A stretch of DNA of 58,769 nt, taken from contig CAMVKM010000001.1 in assembly GCA_947168085.1 (NCBI GenBank), positions 1 to 58,769 of the forward strand, read 5' to 3'. The notes below the pieces were generated by a model, which was given only the letters and a program-made list of their open reading frames with translations, was not told the origin of the DNA and made no database searches. Position numbers and translations under genes: made by a program. Positions 9,254 through 24,200 of this stretch are shown one piece after another. This stretch comes from an uncultured Clostridia bacterium. GTDB lineage: Bacteria > Bacillota > Clostridia > Christensenellales > UBA1242. How positions within the stretch are numbered: the first letter of the stretch is position 1; the number at the start of each line of letters is the position of its first letter.

Positions 9254-12200
9254 TTAAGCTTTGTTGTTATTGCTTGCTTCTGAGTTAGATGTTTGCTCTT
9301 CAGCGCCTTCTTCGCCGTTTTGACGAAGTCTCATACGCTTACGTTTTGCAGCATTAACTCTGTTAATAATAATGATAATAGCCACGATTAAAGCAACACC
9401 AACACCAACACCAACATAAATCCAAACAGAACCCATGCCGCCCCTTGGAACGGTTGATAGCAAGATTACTGTTGATGAAATGTTGTCAATTGTAATTTGA
9501 TTGTCGCCAATCTTTCTGTAAGCTTCTGCATCAAGTGGTTCTTCTGAGAAGCTGCTTTCAATGCCATCTTTTACATAAATCTTAAGTCCAGCATTGTCAC
9601 GGATAAGTGGGTCAACACTAAATGTCAAGTTGTAGGTGCCTTCAAAGGTTGTATCTCTTCCGTCCTTTGTGAAGTGAACAATCACAAGTTCAGCAATTTG
9701 GGCATCAAAAGCACCAACATAGCGTTTAATGTCACGAGCAGTAAGGTCACTTAAGAATTCAAGATAGATTCCAAATCCTTCTTCAAAACCTTGTGGGCTT
9801 TCAGCTTCAACAGAGTAATTTGTTGTTGCATGTGAAATTTTTGGAAGTTTTACTGTAATCTTAAATTCGTTTTGTCCTTCTGCAAACACAAAGTTTTCAT
9901 TGTTTGAAACAACTCTAACCAAGTACCAACCCTCATCAGTGTAACCATTTTGTGCCGTTCCAATTCCGTACTTGTGGTAAGTTACTGTAACTCCTTGGCC
10001 AAATTCATACCATTTGTCCATAACAGACAAGTTAGTTGGTCTTAAGTCATAGCCAAGAGAAGTTTCTTTGATTTCTCCTGTTACTTCATCATATTGAACA
10101 AGATATGGGTCAGAAACAAATTCAATTTGAATTTGAATTGTGCCAACAGTAATTGGAACAATTTCTGTGATATCTCCAAGTGATGTTGTAACAACAAAGC
10201 AAGTGTCGCTAAGTGTTACTCTAGCAAGTTCTCCATACCAATGATAACCATCAACACGCTTAATGTCGTATTGCCCTTCATCATAAGACAAAAGTTCACC
10301 TTTAGCACTTTCTTCTTCTTTGTAATCATCTTTGTCTTCATCGTTAAAGTGTCCAATAACAGTCATGTTGTGATTGAAGAAGTCATAAGCAACATACTCG
10401 CTTTGATATTCAATAACTTCAAGTGAAACAAGATATCTTGGTTCAACTTCAAAGCTCAAAGTTCCTTCAGCATTGTTGAAGTTTCTTGTATCATATGGTT
10501 CGAACACAAAGTGACGAACAAGAGTTTGATGAGCTTTAAGTTCTTTTCCTCCAAATTGTTCGGTTGTGCTTTCAACCCAAGTAAATTCTCCTGGTGTGTG
10601 TGGATCACCAAGGTCATAAACAACATCTTCAAGAGTTTGTGTTGAGTAGTAGTATTGTTTGTTTGGATCTGTTGAACGATACAAAATTCTTGCATCAATC
10701 ATTGGGTTAATTTTGTGAATTTCATAAGTTTTGTGAACAACACCAACATAATTTCCACCAAGTCCCATTAAGGTCATTGTTGCAAATCCTGAATCTGTGT
10801 TGTCAGCATAAACAACATCATAGTCAACTGTTAGTTGAAGAACTTCTTTGTCAACTCCTTCAAGAACAAGTGTTAGAGTGATGTTTTGTGTGATTTCTTG
10901 ACCAAAGTTGTAGTCAAAGTCATCAACAAATCCATCAAGTCTTACATATGATGATTCAATGTCACGTTGCAAAATTGTGTACTCTTTTTCAGCAATTCCT
11001 TCATAGTTTCCACCTTCAATTGCTTCAGCAACAATTGTAATAACACCTGCGTTTTTAAAGAAGTTTGCTTGCATTTCGGCATCTGATGGATCGTAAACAT
11101 ATTCATTTGCTTCACCATAGTTGCGGTAGTAGTTAAGAGTCACATCAACACCAATGTTAACGGTAATGTCATCTAGTCCATTGTTTGATGACACAATTTC
11201 ACGAACAAGATTACTGTGTGATTCTGTGTCATAGTAGTGACTGTCCACATCGTTTAGAAGCACAATTTGTGTAACTGTGCGTTTTTGGATGATAAATGTT
11301 GCTCTAAGGCTGCTTTCATAGTTACCCTTTCCTGTGATGATAACTTCTGCTTCTCCACAGTTAATATTGTTTGAATAATCAGTGTCAAAGTCTTCTGTTG
11401 GGATAAGAGCCACGCCATCAAACTTAACCACTACACTAGGCTCCCAAGCGCTTCCTTTATAGCGCATTTCACCTGTAATATCTTCAAGCACAATTCTGTC
11501 TTCATCTCTAAGACTACGTTTTTTGATTGTAAAGTGGAACACAGCATCACCTTGATAGTTGTTTTGTCCAACAATTGTCAAAGTTGCTTCTCCAGCATCA
11601 ATGTTGTCAGTAACAGCAAATGTGTAGTCATAGTTTTGTGCTTTGTCAAGATCACTGTAAAGGTTTAATGTTGTTCCTTGTCCATCGTCATACTCAAGAC
11701 TAAATTCTGGAACTTGAGCAGTTCTGTCATAAATAATGTTTAAAACATCCCATGTGATTGTAACGTTGTCGTTTGAAAGTGTTCTTGGAATAATTCTAAA
11801 GTAAACAAGTCTTTCTCCACTAAAGTTGTTAATTCCAAAGAATGTAACATGCGCATTGTCTCCACTTTGAATGTTTTCTTCTTCATCAATTTCAAATGTG
11901 AAGTCTCCAGCATATTGCTGATCAACAGGAATTCCCAAAACAAGTTCATTTGCTTCTCCTGGGCAGTAAACAAGGCTCATTGTTGGAGTGATTGCTTCTC
12001 CTGTGTAAGGCATGTCATCAAGTGTAATTGTAACATCATTAAGTGAACGTCTTTCAATTGTAAACAATTTTTCCTGACTTCCCTCAAAGTTGTTAATTCC
12101 ATGAACAATTAATTTTGCCATGCTGCTTGCATTTACGTTGTTTGTAAGTTCAATTTCAAAATCAGAATCCAAAATCAAAGCATCTTCAATTCCGCCAAAC

Positions 12201-15200
12201 ACAACAGTAAAGTTTGGTGTAATTTCGCAGTTATCAAACACGTAAGTTCCCAAAATTGTGATTTGCGCATCAGCAATGTTTCCAAAGTCAATGTCATAAG
12301 CCACAATTTTTGTTGTGCCATCTCTAAAGTTTCTGTTTGTTGATGTTGCAACAACAGTAATTTGTCCGGCATCCTTAAAGTCATCAAGTTCTGGGTCAGC
12401 AACATCGAGTTCAACTGGGGTTGTTGAGTAGTCGCGATAGAACTTAAGTGTAAATTCATTTGCATCAACTGGTTGATCTTCAAATGAGTAAGCAGCATTC
12501 CAAAGGTGTGCTGTGCGATCGTAAACATAAGCTGGATATGGTAAGTTTTCAGCACTGATGTCACTTAGGTCTGCTTTTGTGATTGTAAAGTGTGCATCTG
12601 CAGTGTTTGCATAGTTTTTCCAGAACCTTAGGGTTATGGTTGCAGTTCCTGCATCTTTGTTGTTTGTGTATTCAACAGTAAAGTCATTACGATCTTCGTT
12701 TTCTTCAAGAGAACCAAGAACAAGAGCATCTCCTGTTGATTTTTCTGTTATTGTTACAGTTGGAGTAATGTTTCTTGCAACATATTCTGTTGCATAATCA
12801 GTGTTTCCATTAATCAAAACATCAAAGATTGAAGCAATGTTTTCGTTTGTAATTTGTTTTCTTTCAATTACAAATGTTGCTGTTGTTGTTCCATAGAAGT
12901 TTTTGGTTTCGTCACCAACAAATCTAATCACAGCTTGATTGCTTGCATCAATGTTGTTTCCTTCTAATGTTCTGTCTGTGATGTATTCAACATCAAAGTT
13001 GAATGCACTTGGAGCAAATGGTCTTTGGTTAAAGTAAATTTTTGCATCATCTTGAGTTTGTGCTGTTCCGTCATAAGTCTTTGGAACAAGATCGCGTATT
13101 TCAAGACCTGAAATGTCAACAGCTTCAATCTTGAACTTGGTTTCTTGTTCACCTTCAAAGTTTCCTTGTCCAACAATGCGAACAACATAATCCGCTCCAC
13201 CATTAACATTTATGTAAGGCTCAACACCATACTCAAGAGTAAAGTCATCAAGATATCTAAGATATCCATAATCGCTTTCAGCATCAATATCCTCTGGATC
13301 TGTTGCGTAGCAAACAAGTGTTAAAATATCACTGTTTGCAAGTTTCATTCCTTCAGGATCTCCAGTAAAGCTGTATCTAAATCCTGTGTTTATAGTAATT
13401 TTTGAATCACTAATGTTCTTTGGTTTTATGTTAAATGAAGTTGAAATTTCACCAGTGTAGTTGTGTTTTCCAACAATTCTAATGTCATAATCACCAATTT
13501 CTTTTGCGTTTTCGTCATAAATTAGTGTAAAGTCTTCGTTAAGAAGAAGTGGTGATAGGCTAATGTCACGGTCAGTTACAACAACTTCTGGTCTAATAGT
13601 AAATCCAGTAAATGTTTGTCTTACAATTTTTGTAACAGCATCTTGTTCTTCTGGAACTTCAGGAACACGTTTAAGGTCATTAAGGTCTTTTGGACTAATT
13701 GTAAATGTTTGTATTACATAACCTTTGTAGTTGTTTCGTCCCAAAACTGTTACGCTTGCTGGTGCTTCAAAGCTTGCATTTGTGTTGTTTGTGTATTCCA
13801 AAACAAAGTCTGTTAAGTTAGCATCTTGGCTAGCAACAAGTTGTCTTTCTACACCATCAACTGTAACTGTAATAACAATTGAAAGTGCTGGATCAACACC
13901 ATCAACTGTTTTTGCTGTTCCATCATAAATTGGTTTTAGAACAGTGATGTCAACAATTGTGTTGTCATCATCAATTTCAGTTTGTTCAATCTCATAGTCT
14001 ATGTCAACTGAGCCTTGGTAGTTTGCAACACCAACAACTCGAACAAAGTAGTTGCCAATGTTAAAGTCAAAGTCTTGTGGGTCAATCAAGGTTTCATTGC
14101 TTGTGTAGTATTCAAACCTAAAGTCTGTTGGGTCAAGCGCACCATCAACAGGGCTGTTGTCTGCAACTGTTGGAGTTGGTGTTATTGCGCTGCCTGTGTA
14201 ATTGTAGGTTGTTTTTGTAAGAGATGTCATTGCAAGTGTCAAAGTTTTTGGAACAATCTTAAATGTTGTGCTGGCATGTCCAGAGTAGTTTCCAGCAAAC
14301 TCAACAGTAACTGTCGCGCTTGAAAGAATTTCACCCTCTGGGTCATCATTTGCTCTGCTAACATCAATGTTGTGAGCATAGGTTGCCAAAAGAATGTCAA
14401 GTGATGTAAGAACAACTTTTGAAGACTCATCTTCTGGGTCAAGCAAATAGAATGCTGTGTAGCCTGGTTTTCTTTCTGATCCTGTGTAAATTACATCTGC
14501 AATGTCTTCAAATTGAGCAATGTCTGTAAGGTTACGTTTTTCAATTGTAAATTGTGCGTAAGCATTTTTAATTTCGTAAACTGATGCTTGTGGAGCAAAG
14601 ATGTAGTTAAGTTTTGAGTTGTCGCCACCAGCTTTTGTTTCAATTACAAATGTAATTGTTCCAACATCTGTAAAGTTTTGAGTGATTTGTTGCTCTGCTG
14701 TGCCATAGTTTTCGTAAGCATAAATTGTGTAGTAGCTTTCTGGAACAACAGCAACTTCGTTGTCAGCCAAAACTGTTAGTTGATAACTAAATGGACTGTT
14801 TTTGAACACCAAACTTAGTGTGTCAACTGAAGTGTTTGCAACACTTGCAAGGTCTTGTGCACTTTGCTCTCCATCAATTGTAACATAAGTTCTTGTGATA
14901 AATGCTGGAGTGATTGTAAAGTTGTGGTAAATTGTGCCTGTGTAGTTGCCTTTTCCTGTGATTGTAACAGGGTAAGTTCCAACATCAACACCCAAGTTGT
15001 GAGTTACAACAAAGTCAATGTTTTCAGCAAGTGAATCGTTGCCAACAGCGCCAATTGTTGCTAAAGCATCTTCAACTTTAACTGCTGGGCTAAATGCGTG
15101 GTTTGCATAAGTAAACTCAAGTTCTTCATTTGTTGCAAATCCGTTAAGATAGGTTGAAACTTCAGCAGAATCAAGTGATCTTGGGTTTATCACAAATTTA

Positions 15201-18200
15201 AATTCTGTTGATCCTTCAAAGTTGTTAATACCTGTAATTGTAAGTGTTGCTGTTGCTTTTGGAGTTATTCCATCATCTTCATAGTCAACAGTTTTGTTTA
15301 AACTAAATTGATATGAGTAAGCTGAAAGTTTATCAAGCCCCAAAGTGTCACGATAGTTAATTTCAAAGAATGGAGTTTGTTGTGTTCCGTCATAAACAAT
15401 GTTTGTTGTGCTTACAGCGTAATTTAGGTCATCAATAACCCATTTGTGTGATGCATCCAAACTAATGTGGTTATCTTCAATTGCCCAAACAACGCTTGCA
15501 CTTGCATCAGAAATCTTTCTCTTTGTAATTTCAAAGGTTCTTTCTATTGTTCCACTAAAGTCTTTGTTTCCTGTTACTCTAATTGTTGCAATTCCTGCAT
15601 TTTCATTGTTAATGTATTGAACAGTAAAGTAATCAAGCCAGTTTGCTTCTTCAGCAACAACGCCATTATGAATTGATTTTCCGTTGTAGCTGAGTGTGAT
15701 TTTTGGAGTGATTGGAACAGTGTTTCCATCTTCATCTTGATTGTATTCAAATGATGGGTCTTCGCCTTCATCAAAGTGCTCTGTTTCTGATTTCCAAATT
15801 TCAGCAACAACTGAAGCAATTTCATCATCTGCAATGTTCTTTTTGTTGATTGTAAAGTTAATTGACTTGCTGTCTCTTTCTCCTGTGATTGGATCAATGT
15901 AGTTAAAGTTGTTAAGACCATAAATTGTGAGTGTTGCAGTTCCTGCGTGGAAGTTGTTTGTAAATTCAAATTCATAGTCACCCTTGCCTTCATTTGGTGT
16001 TCCAATTAATGATTTGTCACTAGACAATGTGTAGATGTTTTCAAAGATAACTCTAAATGTAAATCCACTTTCATCATCAATTTCTTCACCAGTAAATGTC
16101 ATTTCCATGTGATCAACATCAATTTCAGCAAGACTAATTTTTGTAACTCTTATTTCATAATCAAGAGTGTCTTTTGTTCCCACAAAGTTGCGTCCAGTTG
16201 ATGTCAAAACAACTGTGATAACACCAATGTCAACAAAATCTTCTGGGTTTGTGATTTGTGTTTCTTGTGCTGTTGCGTAGTTACGATAGAATGTAACATC
16301 AAATTCGTCAGCACTAACTGCGTAGTTGTTGTCGCCAATGTGGTAAACAAGGTCGGATTCATTAAACTCATCATCATGTGGTGTGCGGCTGTATTCAACT
16401 GGGTGGTGATTGTACATGTCACCAGCACCCCAAAGAATTGTTGTAAGGTTTGTTTGTGGGTTAATCTGGAAGTTTGCAACTGCTTCTCCGGTGTAGTTTC
16501 CGTGGAATGCAATTGTGATAACTGCGCCAGCAACAACTGTTCTTACTCCTTGAACTGTGCCATAAGTTACGTTTGTGTTGCTTGTGTAAGCAACTGAGTA
16601 ATCTTTTGGTGTTACAACTGGCTCGCCTTGCTCAATTGTCACAACGTCTTCAACAAGTGTTCTTCCATCATCAAATTTTGATTTAAGTTCAACACCTGGT
16701 GTTTGTGCTGTTGCATTATAAACATTTCCATAAATGTTTTGTGCTGGTGTAAAGTACTCAACATTTCCAACCCAAAGTCTAAAGAAGTTTTCAAGATTTG
16801 TGATTTCTTGTGGAATAATTCTGTATTGTTTTGAAACTTCTCCAACAAAGTTCATGTAGCTAGCACCAGTAATTGTAATTGTTACTGTTCCAACGTCAAC
16901 GCAAAGTGTTGTGTTAACGCTGTCAAAGTCTTCAGTCCATGTTGCGTTAAAGTTAATGTTTTGACCAACAACTACATTGTCAGAATGTGCTCCGTTAAAT
17001 TCAACAGTTGGAGCGAGTTTAATTTCACTTCCGGTGTAAGTTTTGTCAACACCATTCAAAGCACCGTCAACATACATCATGTCGCCACTTAATTGTTGTG
17101 GAGTGATTGTAAAGTAAACTTTCTTTGCGGTTGTTTGATCAATTGTTCCCTTAAAGTTTCCGTTTCCGGTAAGAACAACATAGTACTTAACAACTTGTGT
17201 TCCATCTCCAACGTTAACTCTGTCTGCATCAACATAGCCTACACTAAAGTCAAGGTTGTTGTTGTTTGAAAGGAAGCCATACTCATCAGCTTGAATGTCT
17301 GAACTGTCTGCAGCATAACACAAGAGTGTTAAAATGTTTGCATCAGAAAGGCTTACTGTGCTTGCTTTGTATGGGTAAGCAAAACTGTAACCATCAAGGG
17401 TTTCTGTTCCGCCAACCAAAAGCTCAGTAATATCTTTTTGATATATTGTAAAGTAAAGTTCACGAGTTCCGGTGTAGTTCCAACTTCCGGTAATTGTGAT
17501 TTTTGCTTGTCCATTGTGCTCATCATCTGAGAACAATGCTTTGTTGTTTGCGCTTGCATTAATGTTGTTGTTTGCAAGCTCTTTGCTTGTAACATAAGTT
17601 AAGTAAAAGTCTGTGCCTTGGGCAAATTCAGTTCCTAATGTAAGAATTTGATCTGCTGCGGCCAAACGAGAGTCAGAAACTTGAACATCACCATTAATTG
17701 TAATGTTTAATCCTGTAAAGATACGAGCAAGTTTTTGTGATTCAGTTGCAATGTCCTCAATCAAAATCAAAACATCAGAAATGTCTTTTGGCTGTATTGC
17801 AAACAAAAGTGTTTGTGTTGAACCTTCAACATAGTTTCCACCACTTCCGGTGATTGTGATAAGAGCATCAGCAACAAGTTCATCATTAACATATTTAACA
17901 TTTACGTTTCTTGTGTAAGCCACTGTAAAGTCATAATCATAAACATCACTTACTGTGTGTGTGCTGTCATCAAATTGTGTTAATGTCAAAACATCTAGTG
18001 TTGTGTCAAATGTTACAACAATGTCTGGTGTTTTTGCTGTTTTGTCGTAAACAAAGTAACTTTCAGCAACATTTGGATCAATTGCAACAACTGTTCTGCT
18101 TAAATCAATTTTGTTGATTACATATGAAACTGCAACAAAGTCTGTGTAGTTGCTGTTTCCGGTAATTCCAACATAATAGGTTCCAGCATTGATTGGTGAT

Positions 18201-21200
18201 GCAATTTCGGTGTAAGTGTAGTTTCCTACTGTTCCAGAGCGAGTGTAGTAAGCAAAGCTAAAGTCATCTGTGTCTGCAAGAGGTTCTGTTCCGCTTGTCA
18301 AAACAATTCCGCTTTCATTTAAAGCATTTCTTGATGTGTCTGTAACTGTTGGAATTGGAGTTCTTGCGTGTGAGTTGTAGTCAAAGCTGTCTTCATCAAG
18401 AACAACAGTGATGCTTGCATCTTCAAGTGATTTTGGATTAATAACAAAGGTTTGTGTTGTTCCACCAGTGTAGTTGCCTTCAAACACAACTGCAATTGTT
18501 GGTGTTCCATCATAAACATTAACATTGTGAGCGTAAGATGTTGTAAAGTCTGTTTTGTAAATTATGTCACCCTGAATTTCTTCAGTGCCTTCAAAATCAT
18601 CATGGTTAAGTGTTACTGTTTGACCATTAATCTCATAGGTTAATGTGAATGTTGGTTCAATTGCATAACCTGTGTAAGTTTGAGCAGTAACAGTAGACCA
18701 AACAACTCTTGATGAAAGGTCAAGTGCTTCAATTGTAAATTCTGCAACAAGGTCACAGTTTGGTGCAACAACATAGTTCATGTTGCCATTTGCATCAGCT
18801 TTTGCTGTTACAACAAATGTGATTGTTCCAACGTTTGTAAAGTCAGGTGTAATTGTTCCAGTTCTTACAATTTCGTTGTTTTCAATGCTTGCAGAGTAGT
18901 TACGATAAGCAGTGATGTTAAAGTAATCACTTAAAACAGCAACAAAGCCATTTGCATCATAGCCATATGTTCCTGGAACATCGCTTACGTTTGTTCTAAC
19001 TTCAGTTACAATGTTAAACGCTGCGTGTTTGTAGTCAAAACTTAACACATCTTTCAAGGTTGTAAGTCCAGAAACTGTTTGTGTTGTTGGACCAACAGAT
19101 GTGCCTTGAGTGTTTGATTCGTTTGTTGTTGAAATAACAATTCTGTCAAGTGTTGCAGCAACAATTGTAAAGCTTACAACTGTTGTTGAACCATAGTTTC
19201 CAAGTCCAGCAACTGTTATGTTTGCTGTTCCTGCGTTAATGTTGTTGTGCAAAACAGTTGGATCTGTAATGTAAGTTAAATCGTAATCTGTTCCGTCAAC
19301 AAGGGTTGGCAAGTTGTTGTAGTTTGCAACAATGCCTGGTGTAATGTTTGTTCTGATGTATGTTTGATTTGCAATAGGGTCAATAGTAACATCACTAATT
19401 GGTCTTGGAGTTACTGCAAAGTTGTAAACCAAGGTGTCAGTGTAGTTACCTCTTCCTTCAATTGTTAACACTGCTGCGCTCAAAACGTTTCCGTCAAGTG
19501 CGCCACCTTCACGAGCAACATTGATGTTGTTTGAGTATTCCCAAACAAAGTCAAGTGAAGTTTCGTGTTGAACATTGTCATAAGTGTAGGTTGAACCATC
19601 AAACAAAACTGTTCCTACTCCATCTGGATCATAAATCAATGTTTGGTTAAGAACAATGTGTGTTCCAAATTTTGGAGTGATTTCGCTGCCTGTGTAGATG
19701 TAGTGTGATGCATCTTCGTCCCAAACAAGACTAACGTTTTCTGTTAAGTGTCTTGGAGTAATCTTAAAGTGCTCAATTCTTGTTCCAACATAGTTTCCTT
19801 TTGCTTCAATCGTGATTGTTGCAGCAGCTCTAACTTCGCCTTCACCATCATAAGCAACATTTCTGTTGTCTGAATATGTGATTTTTGCGTCTTTTGCTGT
19901 TGTCGCTTCACTCACGTCAAGAGGATTGTCGTTGTTGTAGCTCAACAAAACTGTTGGTTTTTGATCTTGTTCATTAAACTCGACATCAGCAAGTGTTGAA
20001 GCTGCCAAAGTTACTTCATTAATGTTCTTTGGAGTGATTGTAAAGTAGTGTGTTCTGTAAATGTCTGCATTGTCAGCATTGTAAGCAAGTGTGCTATCAT
20101 AGAAGCTGTTTGTTCCGCTTACAAAGTTTCCGTTTCCAATGATTTGGAAGTAAGCTGCAGCTTCGTAAACTCCTGCTGAGCGGTAAACAACATTGGTGTT
20201 TTCACCATAAACAACACTAAAGTCGTTTGCATTAGCTCCACTTTCTGCTGTAAGGTCATGACCAAGATATGTAAGAGTGAATGTTGGGTTAATTGCACTT
20301 GTTGTGTAAGGTTTGTTGCTTGAATCCCAATCAACTGTAACATCACTTGCGTTAATGTTCTTTCTTTCAATTGTGTAAGAAATTGCACGACCAGAGTTAA
20401 GAACAAAGTTCTTTCCTGTTGATTTTAAGAACACTGTAATTGTTCCAGCTTTGTCAAATTCTGTTGTAATTTGTGAAGCTGAAGTTGGAGTTAAAATGTC
20501 ATCAATTAGTTCAGCTTCGTAGTCACGATAGTATGTTACTGTGTATTCACTTGAATCAACAGTTTTGTTGTTAAACTTAATCCATTCTGGGAATTCTTTG
20601 TGATCTTCCCAATCGTAATCAAAGTTTTGAATTGATGCTGTTGTAAAGTAAACTTCGTCTTGGAATGATGCTTGTGTTATTGTAAAGAGTGATTTTGCTT
20701 GTCCTGTGTAGTTTTTGTGGAAGGTTACAATAATTTCTGCACCATTGTTAATTGCATCAATGTTTTTGTCATAAGCAACTGTGTAATCAGCAGTTGTTGC
20801 TTCTGCTCCATAATTTCCACGAGTCAAAATTCTTTCATCAGCAAAAGTTGATTTAAGAACAATGTGTGGGGTGTGAGCTTCTGAAAGATAACTGATTGCA
20901 TAGTCATTGCCCCATTCAATGTCATCAAAGTCAGCATTGTCAAGTCCAATCTTGCGACTGAACACTTGTTCAATTGTCTTTCCTGTTACATCATATGGGT
21001 TAATTGTAAAGTTTCTTGTAACTGCTGGAGTTGTGGCATCATTTACAATTCCAACAAAGTTTTGATTTGCTGTTGCAGAAATTGTAACAACTGCGCCAGC
21101 AACAACGTTTCCGTTTTCAATGGTAACATCTGTGTTGTTTGAGTAGCCAACACTAAAGTTAAGTGTGCCTGCTTTATAACCTTTTCCGTTAAAGGTTAAA

Positions 21201-24200
21201 ACAATGTCTTGACTGTCTTCACCTTGTGTCCAAGCCGCACCCTTGTAAGTTTTGTCAACAATTCCACTAATGTAGTCTGTTGTTGTCATTGCATTTTCAA
21301 GGTCAACAAGAGCTTTTGGATCAATTGTGAAGTAAGCAACTTTGCTGTTTTCACCATTTGTAATTGTTCCGGTGAAGTTGCCTTGTCCTTCCAAAATCAA
21401 GCCATAGTATTTCTTTGCAGCAACGCCGTTGTCATCATATCCAACGTTGATTCTTGTGTCATCAACATATGAAACAGTAAATTCATCACCCAAAACAAGA
21501 GCAATGCCATCATATTTTAAGTATTTTACTGCATCAGCATCTAAAACACTAATTTGGCTTCCTGTAAATTCATAAGAAATTGTGTCTGAAACATCTTGCA
21601 AAATGCCTGCTTCATTAATGTTTCTTGCAACAATTTCAAATGTTACTGGAAGTGAGCCACTGTAGTTGTTAATTCCTGTTACTGTGATTGTTGAAATTCC
21701 AACATTAACTCTGCCATCATAAGCAAGAGTTACATCAGTGCCTGTAACAAGGTAGTAGTCACTGCCTGTTGCAAGACTGTTGTCAAGAATTGAAAAGTCA
21801 TCATTTGCGTTTGTTCCGTTTGTTGGACTAAATGAACCACGGTTGTAAGTTTTGTCTGCGATGTTTGAAACAGTTAATCCAGAAATTGGTTTTGGACTGA
21901 TTTCAAACACAAATGTGTCATCAAAGTTTGCTGTTGTGTTTGCAGCCATTTCAAAGTTTGGAGAAACGGCACTAATAACAATGTCGTTAAGATTTGCGTG
22001 TGGAGTAGCAAAAACTCTAACATTTGTAAAGTCAAATGCTGGAAGGTCTCCACTTGCTGATGTTGTTACTTGTGTGTTTTGGTCATTTACGTAAGTAAAG
22101 CGATAACCACTGCTGTCCACAACATTTCCATTAATGTCCAAAACTCTTGCGCCCCAAATTGTGTGAGCCACACCATCATAGGTGATTTCAAAGTTTTCGG
22201 TTCCGTCGTAGTAAACAGCACCATTTTGTGTCGTTCCAATCAAAAGTTCAAATCTAAGAATTTTAACTGGTGTGATTTCATAGCTTGAGAATGTGTAGCC
22301 TGTGTAGTTTCCGTTCCAAACACCAACTCCACTGTTTGCAACAAATTGAACAAAAATTGTTCCTGTTGCAACAAAGTCGCTGTCTTGTGTAAGCATGTAA
22401 AGATAACCTGTTGTTCCACCAGTTTCGCTTGTTGGGAATGCTGTTGCTCCTGTGTCAGTTGATTCACATTCACGCCAGTAAACAACTTGATAGTCGCCTT
22501 GCGCTGCTTGAACAAGTGACATTGTGTTGTAGGTCATGCTTGTTGTTGTTGGACGTTGAGCAGCAAGGTTGTAGATGAATTCATCTGGGTTTACAACAAA
22601 TGTTGCGTTTGTTGCACCATAGGTTGCATCAGCGTTTGAAATGTCTTTTTGTTTGATTGTAAACAAAACTTCACGTGTTCCGGTGTAGTTTCCAATTCCA
22701 GTAATGATAACTTTTGCTTGGCCGGTTGTGTTTGTTGAATCTAAGTTCTTTGCACTTGCATTAATGTTGTTGTGTGCAAGTGTTATGTCACTAATGTAAC
22801 CTAATGTGTAGTCAATGTTTTGTGTAAGGTCATTAACTGAAATTGTGCTACGGTTGTCTAACACTTCAACAAAACTGTCAATTGTAATCTCACTTCCTGT
22901 GTAGATACGCGCTGCTTGTTCTTCTGCAGTTGCTGTGTCAGAAGTTAAAATGTTTGTTGTGTCATTTGTAATGTCATAAGGGTCAATTGTAAAGGAAATT
23001 GGAAGTGCTGTGTTTTCAGCATAACCTTTTCCAGCAACACCGGCAATAAGCATTGTTCCCATTCCAACATTAATGTTGTTAAGATAACTTGCGTATTGTC
23101 CTTGACCAATTGTGTTGTCTCCAATTGATGGGTCATTTACATGGAATGTGCAAAGTTGAAGTTGAAGTTCTGGAACAACATAAATGTTTTGCACTTTGTC
23201 TTTTACAACAATGTATTGTGGATTTGCTGCTGTGTAAATAGCTGCCAAACTTGCCTGAATTTCACTATCTACAGCTGTTTTGTCAGCCAAATCTTCATAT
23301 TGCGCAACTGTGTAGTGTTGTGTTGTAAGGCTTGTAAATGCTGGGAACAAGTCAGCCCAAACAAAGCCTGTGCCACGATAGATTACTGTAAGATTTGATT
23401 GTGCAAAATTTTCACTGTTAAGTGGACGAGCTGTAACGTTATATTCTCTTGTAAATCCACCAGCGTAGTTACCATAACCAGTGATTGTAATTGTTACTGT
23501 TCCAACAACTGTAAAGTCGGTTGTTGTTTGACCTTGATAGTCTTGTTTTGTCCAAGAGTAAGTGTAGTCTTGGCGATTGCTTGCGTCAGTTAAGCTGCCT
23601 TCTTGCAAAAGTGGTTTTGCCACGCTTTCGGCAGAAACAAACACAATTTCTGATTTAAGTGGACGACCTTGGTAAGTTTGACTGTTAATCATGTAAATTT
23701 TAACGCGTCTAATGTTGTTGCTGTTGTTGTAGTAATCACCTAAAGCAAAGCCTGTGTCTTTTGCTCCATAAAGTGTTACCATTGCTGCTTCGGTTCCTGG
23801 GTTTGCAACAGAATCATTTCCGTAGCCAACCAAAACTTGGTCGTCGCCATCCATGTAGTAGTAAGTTGTTGTTGATTCGTTGTAGAAAATTTCAACTCCG
23901 TCACCGTCTGTTGGGATGTCGGTTACAACAACTTGGCTGTTTGCATCTGTGTAGTAAGAAACGTAGTAGTATTTAATGCTAAAGTCAGCATTTTGAGCAA
24001 TTGCTTTTGGTGCAATTGTAAATGTTTTTACTGCTGTTCCTGTGTAGTTTGTAGAAACAGGGCTAACAACAACATAAATTGTTCCTGCGCTTGTAAAGTC
24101 GTCTGTTTCTTCAACACTTGTGTTGTTTACAGTAAATGCATTAACGCCATTTGATTCACGGCAGTATTGAACTGAAACATCACTAAGTGAGTCTGGATTA

